Assembly (NCBI GenBank): GCA_963691875.1 | Contig: OY829846.1 | Coordinates: 3,136,001-3,200,000 of the forward strand | Direction of reading: 5' to 3' | Source of the DNA: Aureliella sp. | Lineage (GTDB): Bacteria; Planctomycetota; Planctomycetia; Pirellulales; Pirellulaceae | Length of the DNA stretch: 64,000 nucleotides | In this document: one piece after another, positions 59,588-64,000 of the stretch | How positions within the stretch are numbered: position 1 is the first letter of the stretch | How the letters are laid out: each line of letters begins with the position of its first letter | Made by a program: the position numbers and the translations under genes | The notes under the pieces: generated by a model | What the model was told of the DNA's origin: nothing | What the model saw: only the letters and a program-made list of their open reading frames with translations | The model's database searches: none

Positions 59588-59662
59588 TTATCACCTACTA
59601 CTAATGAGGAATGCAACCCTACCGAATCACCCAAACGCATATCCGCATGTTTGGGTAAGCTA

Positions 59663-60667
59663 TTAGCTGCTCCAAGTTTCTGTCCACATGCAACCAGCCC
59701 AGGACCAGCCTACTCCAAATCCAATCAAAAGAGACTTGGTGCCAGGCTTAATCTTACCATCGTTTCTCATTTCCGAGATGAGAATCGGCAAAGTACACGA
59801 AACAGTATTGCCATACTCCTCTAAGCGGATCGGTAATTTTTGCTCTCCGGTGCCCAAACGATCCTGCAATTGCTCAAGCATTTTCCTTGTTGCTTGATGT
59901 AGTAAGTAGTAATTGACTTGTTCGGCTGCCACACCTGCCTTGCCAAGAACATCTTCAATCAGACCTGGAATCGCACTCACGGTAAAGTTGATCAAGCTTG
60001 GCCCGTCCATGTACAAACGACTCTTCCAACGCTTGCGATGCCGAGGCTTCAAAACGTCATCACCACATCGAGCACCGCCGTCGGCCACCATGAGTGTATC
60101 CGCCCCACTACCATCGGTGCCAAAGCTAAATGCGGACACGCCTTCCTGCTCGCTTGCTTGCACCAGTGTTGCAGCTGCAGCGTCGCCAAAAATGGTTCGC
60201 AAGCTGCGATCGTCTGCGTCAATGTACTTGGAGTAAGTTTCGGCGGTGAGCAACAAGATGCGTTTTGCAGCTCCACAACGAATCAGCCCTTCGGCAACGG
60301 CCATGCCATAGACGAAACCTGAGCAACCGAGGTTAAAATCGAGTGCTCCGCAAGTGTGCTTCAGCCCCAATCGATCTTGAATCAAACAGGCTGTGGTGGG
60401 CAGCGGATAGTCTGGAGTTTGGGTGCATAGAAGCACGAAATCAATGCTGTCTCGATCGACCTTGTGCTCAGCGAATAACTTCTCCGAGGCTTGCACGGCC
60501 AAATCGGCAGCAGTCTCCTCGTCTGCCGCGATATAGCGTGACTTGATGCCCGTTTTCTGTTCGATTAGGGGCATGTCCCAGTTCGGGAACTCCTTTTGCA
60601 AATCTTCGTTGGTCTCGCGCCGTTCAGGAAAATGGACGGAGATAGGACCAAGCTCGGCGAAGGGCAC
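59663..60667 (-). CDS. 3-oxoacyl-ACP synthase III (FabH-like)
   Basis: KTGI..R, GCSGF (catalytic Cys), FGDAAAA, HQA, YGNT, GFGVG.SW. Confidence 0.9.
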   Translation of the reverse strand: MPFAELGPISVHFPERRETNEDLQKEFPNWDMPLIEQKTGIKSRYIAADEETAADLAVQASEKLFAEHKVDRDSIDFVLLCTQTPDYPLPTTACLIQDRLGLKHTCGALDFNLGCSGFVYGMAVAEGLIRCGAAKRILLLTAETYSKYIDADDRSLRTIFGDAAAATLVQASEQEGVSAFSFGTDGSGADTLMVADGGARCGDDVLKPRHRKRWKSRLYMDGPSLINFTVSAIPGLIEDVLGKAGVAAEQVNYYLLHQATRKMLEQLQDRLGTGEQKLPIRLEEYGNTVSCTLPILISEMRNDGKIKPGTKSLLIGFGVGWSWAGCMWTETWSS

Positions 60668-60764
60668 TTAGACTTCCTTTTTGCAGAACAATCGGCGGCA
60701 AGAAGCGAGGACCAAAAAAGTCGCGAAACGAAGGCGTCGATTGTAGCCCGACTAGCCCAGATAG

Positions 60765-61733
60765 CTAGGCACCTATTGCTGGCCGCAAGTGGCTCACCGG
60801 AACATAGTACTTGCGATAGCGTTGGCCATCATCATAGAGTTGCCCTCCAGGGTCCAATACAAGTACCGTCGCACGACGTGTGATGCGATTGACCAGCCCT
60901 CGATAAGTCGCACCCTGATGCTGGAAGGCAACGCGACTCCCCACCCTCACATTGAATTTCTGTGCCGCTCGCTCCCGCTGAGTGATCAAGTCGTGTTTAT
61001 GCTCGGTGTGAGCAAACAAACGGTTCGCAATCGTCTGAAAACGCGGCGCCGCACAGCAACTATCCTCCCAGACTAGCATTTCGACCAAGTGAATCAATTC
61101 ATGCTCCAGAATGCGCTGCATGGCTTGCAAGCGATTCACGCAAAGGCTGCCTGTCACCCGAATGGGTCGTTTCAAATCGGAAAAGGTCTGAAAGAGCAGC
61201 GTTGCAGAGAGCACAATTTCATAACGAATCGATTGCTTCTGAGTCTTCTGATCTTGGTATGTCGTACGAACTGTTTTACCGCCGGTGCTGGTCATTCGCT
61301 TGGACCAGCGAAACTGCATTCCGTGATGCCTTGCTAACCTGAGGCATTGACCGGCGAAGAAGTAGTGATCGTAGAGCTCCGCCATGAACTCCAAATCACA
61401 TTTACTTGTCAAAGTGAAATTCGGACCGCTCATCGTCTTCGAACACGAAAGAACCCGACGCCCTACTTCTTGCCATCGTCTCCGTCGCTCGTCGTCACCA
61501 ACTGCTACCGACATAACAACGTGCTTCAGCCGTTCAGAAGTCTCTATGGCTTCCACCTCGGTTAGCGTGGTGGCTCTGCCTGGCGAAGTAGGCGCGGCGG
61601 TGGAGGCGGCTCCTTCCACAATTTTCTTGATTGTGTGCAAGCCTCGTGAGGGGGAGCTTGATCGGGAGTGCGTCTTGCTTCGTGCCTTGGTACTTCTACG
61701 TCTGCTGCTTTTTGTCGCGCCGGCCATGAGCAA
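60765..61733 (-). CDS. SprT-like zinc metalloprotease domain protein
   Basis: WSKRMTS.GG.T, HELIH zinc motif, C-terminal SH3-like VNRITRRATVLV. Confidence 0.7.
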   Translation of the reverse strand: MLMAGATKSSRRRSTKARSKTHSRSSSPSRGLHTIKKIVEGAASTAAPTSPGRATTLTEVEAIETSERLKHVVMSVAVGDDERRRRWQEVGRRVLSCSKTMSGPNFTLTSKCDLEFMAELYDHYFFAGQCLRLARHHGMQFRWSKRMTSTGGKTVRTTYQDQKTQKQSIRYEIVLSATLLFQTFSDLKRPIRVTGSLCVNRLQAMQRILEHELIHLVEMLVWEDSCCAAPRFQTIANRLFAHTEHKHDLITQRERAAQKFNVRVGSRVAFQHQGATYRGLVNRITRRATVLVLDPGGQLYDDGQRYRKYYVPVSHLRPAIGA

Positions 61734-62449
61734 TCCAAATCCGTGGATGAGAGCTGCAATCGAATCGATGAGATTGCAGCCCGTCGCCGACCAACGCTCA
61801 GCGATTCCTAAGTCCAGCTGCTATCTCGGCAGGTCATTGTAGAGAAAGCTTGGAGCTAAGGGATACAGAAATCTAGCAGGGAAAATGCTAGCAGTTAGAA
61901 ACGCAGAATTAAGCCAAAATGATTGACACAGTAGACTCAACCTTATAGACCGAACAGCCGCTCGAACTACGATGCACATACACGCACAGACGGACGACAC
62001 AGTCGCCGTGCAATCGAGTTGGCCCGATCAGCAGCGAAGCAGTGCCAACTCCATTGTTTTTCATTCAGCTTGCCGCCATTGATACTCGTCAGGGATGCCC
62101 TGATCAACAACGACCCACGGTTCGTCTCCCAAAGTGCATTGAACGTGATTTCAGAGACGACACCTACAAACACGGGACGGGCGAGCGGGATATTTTGTGG
62201 CTCGACGGTACTTGCATCTGTGGTGGCTGTTTTCGTGCCCAAGTGATTCGTTGCCTTCGGTGAGTCATTCCATTTCATCGGAGACGAGAACGCCCACCCT
62301 GAACGGGACGTAGACACACCGAATTTCAAATCGTAATTTCATCACGAGCCAAGAATCACCCTCGAGACGCTCATCAACTTCAACACGCGGTTCGCTTGGA
62401 GCCCACGGTTATCGGCAGACAACAAGTGATATACGGCCATCGTTGTCGA

Positions 62450-62809
62450 TTAAGTATTCGGCGATTTATGTCGGTCGGTCAATTGCCGACGACGCTCCTG
62501 ACACTCCCTTAGGCCTGCCTGGTAGATACCCGCCTTGATGCATCCGGATACGGCGTAGTAAACCCCTGCTCCCATGAAAAGCAGTCCAAACCAGGGAAAT
62601 GCGGACGCAAAAAAACCTTCACCAGCGATCATGTTCGCCGCTGAGATTCCCCAGAAGGCTCCCATGCCACCGACAAGAACCCCACCAATAATACTCGCTC
62701 GTCGCGTGGGAACCCGAGCGGCGCTGTTGTCGCCGCCCTGGATCATGTAAGCCTGTCGTTCTGACTCCCACTGTTGATCGAGCGTCTTGAGTTCGTCATC
62801 AAGGCTCAT
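62450..62809 (-). CDS. hypothetical two-TM membrane protein
   Basis: GAGG RBS before ATG 62809 (MSLDDELKTLDQQWESER...); two hydrophobic helices. Confidence 0.65.
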   Translation of the reverse strand: MSLDDELKTLDQQWESERQAYMIQGGDNSAARVPTRRASIIGGVLVGGMGAFWGISAANMIAGEGFFASAFPWFGLLFMGAGVYYAVSGCIKAGIYQAGLRECQERRRQLTDRHKSPNT

Positions 62810-63103
62810 TGGCACCTCGGTAGCAAAAGCAAAGTAAGGGTGGCATTGGAGCAGGAAGCACTGGCATTTGATCGAAGCCATCGGCTTGTTTCTCGGCGGG
62901 AATCATAACCGATCTAGTGTTGGCCGCTTCTACGCTGTGCCAGAGGTGTGGATTAAAGCAATTAAGACTGGAGGCTCGTCACCCGGCGCAGGCGCTGTAC
63001 CGCGGGAACCCAAGGTACGACAGGGCAGCGGGTCCGGCCACTGCATCCGGTGATCCTTGTGGATGACATCATCCAGCCGCAGGAAACGGTTCTCAATTAG
63101 CAA

Positions 63104-63190
63104 GCCCCAGATGAAACACGGATGAAACACAGATCCGATCTGCCTGCAGCAGGGTCCCCGGTCCGTGTTTCACCTGTTTTGATCTGTAGC
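63104..63190. repeat. imperfect inverted repeat built from tandem 11-bp GATGAAACAC(G/A) units
   Basis: CAGATGAAACACGGATGAAACACAGA ... TCCGTGTTTCACCTGTTTTGATCTG. Confidence 0.6.
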
Positions 63191-63267
63191 ACTATCAATT
63201 ATTGCACCGGCGCTTCAGGATTTAGAAGAGCAATTATGGCGAATCCCACTATGAGTCAGGCCAGCGA

Positions 63268-64000
63268 CTAGGATTCTTCCTGCTCGGCCTTCTCTTCGCC
63301 AGACTTTTCATCGGAATCGCCGCCTTCTGCCTTCTCATCGGACTTTTTTTCCTCGTCCTTTTTGGCGTCTTTCTTGCTCTTGCGGGGAGCGAATTCAAAG
63401 CTTAGCTTGCCGGTCTTTCGGTCGAGTAAAAGGTGGGCAGCAAAGGGACGACGTTTCTTAGAGATAAAACCGGGCATCAAGTCGGTCTTACCTTCAACGA
63501 ACAGCTTTCTGGCTTGATCGACCGGAATCTCTTTCTGAAGAATAGTCTTGCTAATGCGGACTCCGCGGTCATCGGCGTCCTTAGCCATGTCAGGCGCAAG
63601 GTAAGCTCGCTCGGTTTCGTAAACTTTGATGAGTTTGTCGGAGTCATCCAAAATCAGAGCTTCGCAGATCACTTGGTCTTCGGAAAGGTTATCAAGTTCG
63701 TTCTCACGATCTTCGTCGCCTTCGAAGACAAAGTTCGTCTTCCAAGTCTTCTTTTCTTTCTCCAGGATGAGCTCAGCTGCAAAAGGTTGTCCAAAGCGAT
63801 TTTTGAAAGTCTCGATTGGGCCGATGCGGCGCGTATTGATAAGGTCTGTTGCTTCTTGCTCGGTCAGCTCGTGACTGGCGATATGCTTCTTGATTTTGAA
63901 AGCACAATCCGGTGTCTTGCAGGCAAAAAGTCCGTCAGTCTGCTTCATTTCCGAACCTTGACACTCGGGGCACATCGCCTGAATGTCTGGGAACACGCGA
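63268..64000 (-). CDS. topB: DNA topoisomerase III (type IA) C-terminal part; gene starts beyond the window
   Basis: Zn-ribbon CPEC...C...C and C-terminal repeats F.NRFG.PFAA.L / FISKK.RPFAA.L; acidic/lysine-rich tail. Confidence 0.75.
   Translation of the reverse strand, partial: RVFPDIQAMCPECQGSEMKQTDGLFACKTPDCAFKIKKHIASHELTEQEATDLINTRRIGPIETFKNRFGQPFAAELILEKEKKTWKTNFVFEGDEDRENELDNLSEDQVICEALILDDSDKLIKVYETERAYLAPDMAKDADDRGVRISKTILQKEIPVDQARKLFVEGKTDLMPGFISKKRRPFAAHLLLDRKTGKLSFEFAPRKSKKDAKKDEEKKSDEKAEGGDSDEKSGEEKAEQEES

Noticed and set aside
61923..62430. Possible promoter (TTGACA at 61923) and small ORFs or degraded gene
   Set aside because: The -10 spacing is non-canonical and none of the short ORFs shows a recognisable motif.
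84..63874. Numerous short ORFs overlapping or antisense to the called genes
   Set aside because: They are shadow frames of real genes with no motifs or RBS support.

Overview
Gene-dense bacterial chromosomal window, most likely from a Planctomycete (Pirellulaceae-like). This is inferred from the sulfatases, a Tat-exported amidase, a prenyltransferase-repeat protein, a secondary SecA locus and a dispersed GTAGCGGAAGTCGTCAAGACTTT-type repeat. Standard code 11 applies. Main contents: two signalling proteins, two sulfatases, an aldehyde dehydrogenase, an mcp-cheD-cheV-cheB-cheW-cheR-cheA cluster, LpoB/COG3014 lipoproteins, a secA2 + HlyD + GAF-HlyD + M50-HlyD export-like operon, housekeeping genes (surE, sthA, hisH, fabH-like, 3' end of topB), and a FAAL-ACP-alpha-oxoamine synthase fusion. 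Highlights missed by the ORF track: (1) ORFs 50995-51249 and 51259-52161 are one reading frame split by an in-frame TGA in a C-x-U motif, followed by a bacterial SECIS-like hairpin, giving a candidate secreted selenoprotein resembling the SelN thioredoxin-like region. (2) The chemotaxis region carries three separate lesions: in-frame TGA in cheA, in-frame TGA in mcp, and a frameshift in a ComFB-like gene. (3) A tandemly duplicated sigma54 -24/-12 motif. (4) A candidate multi-stem ncRNA at about 53067-53237. No rRNA, tRNA, CRISPR array or transposase was recognised. All family calls come from motif recognition by eye, not database searches.
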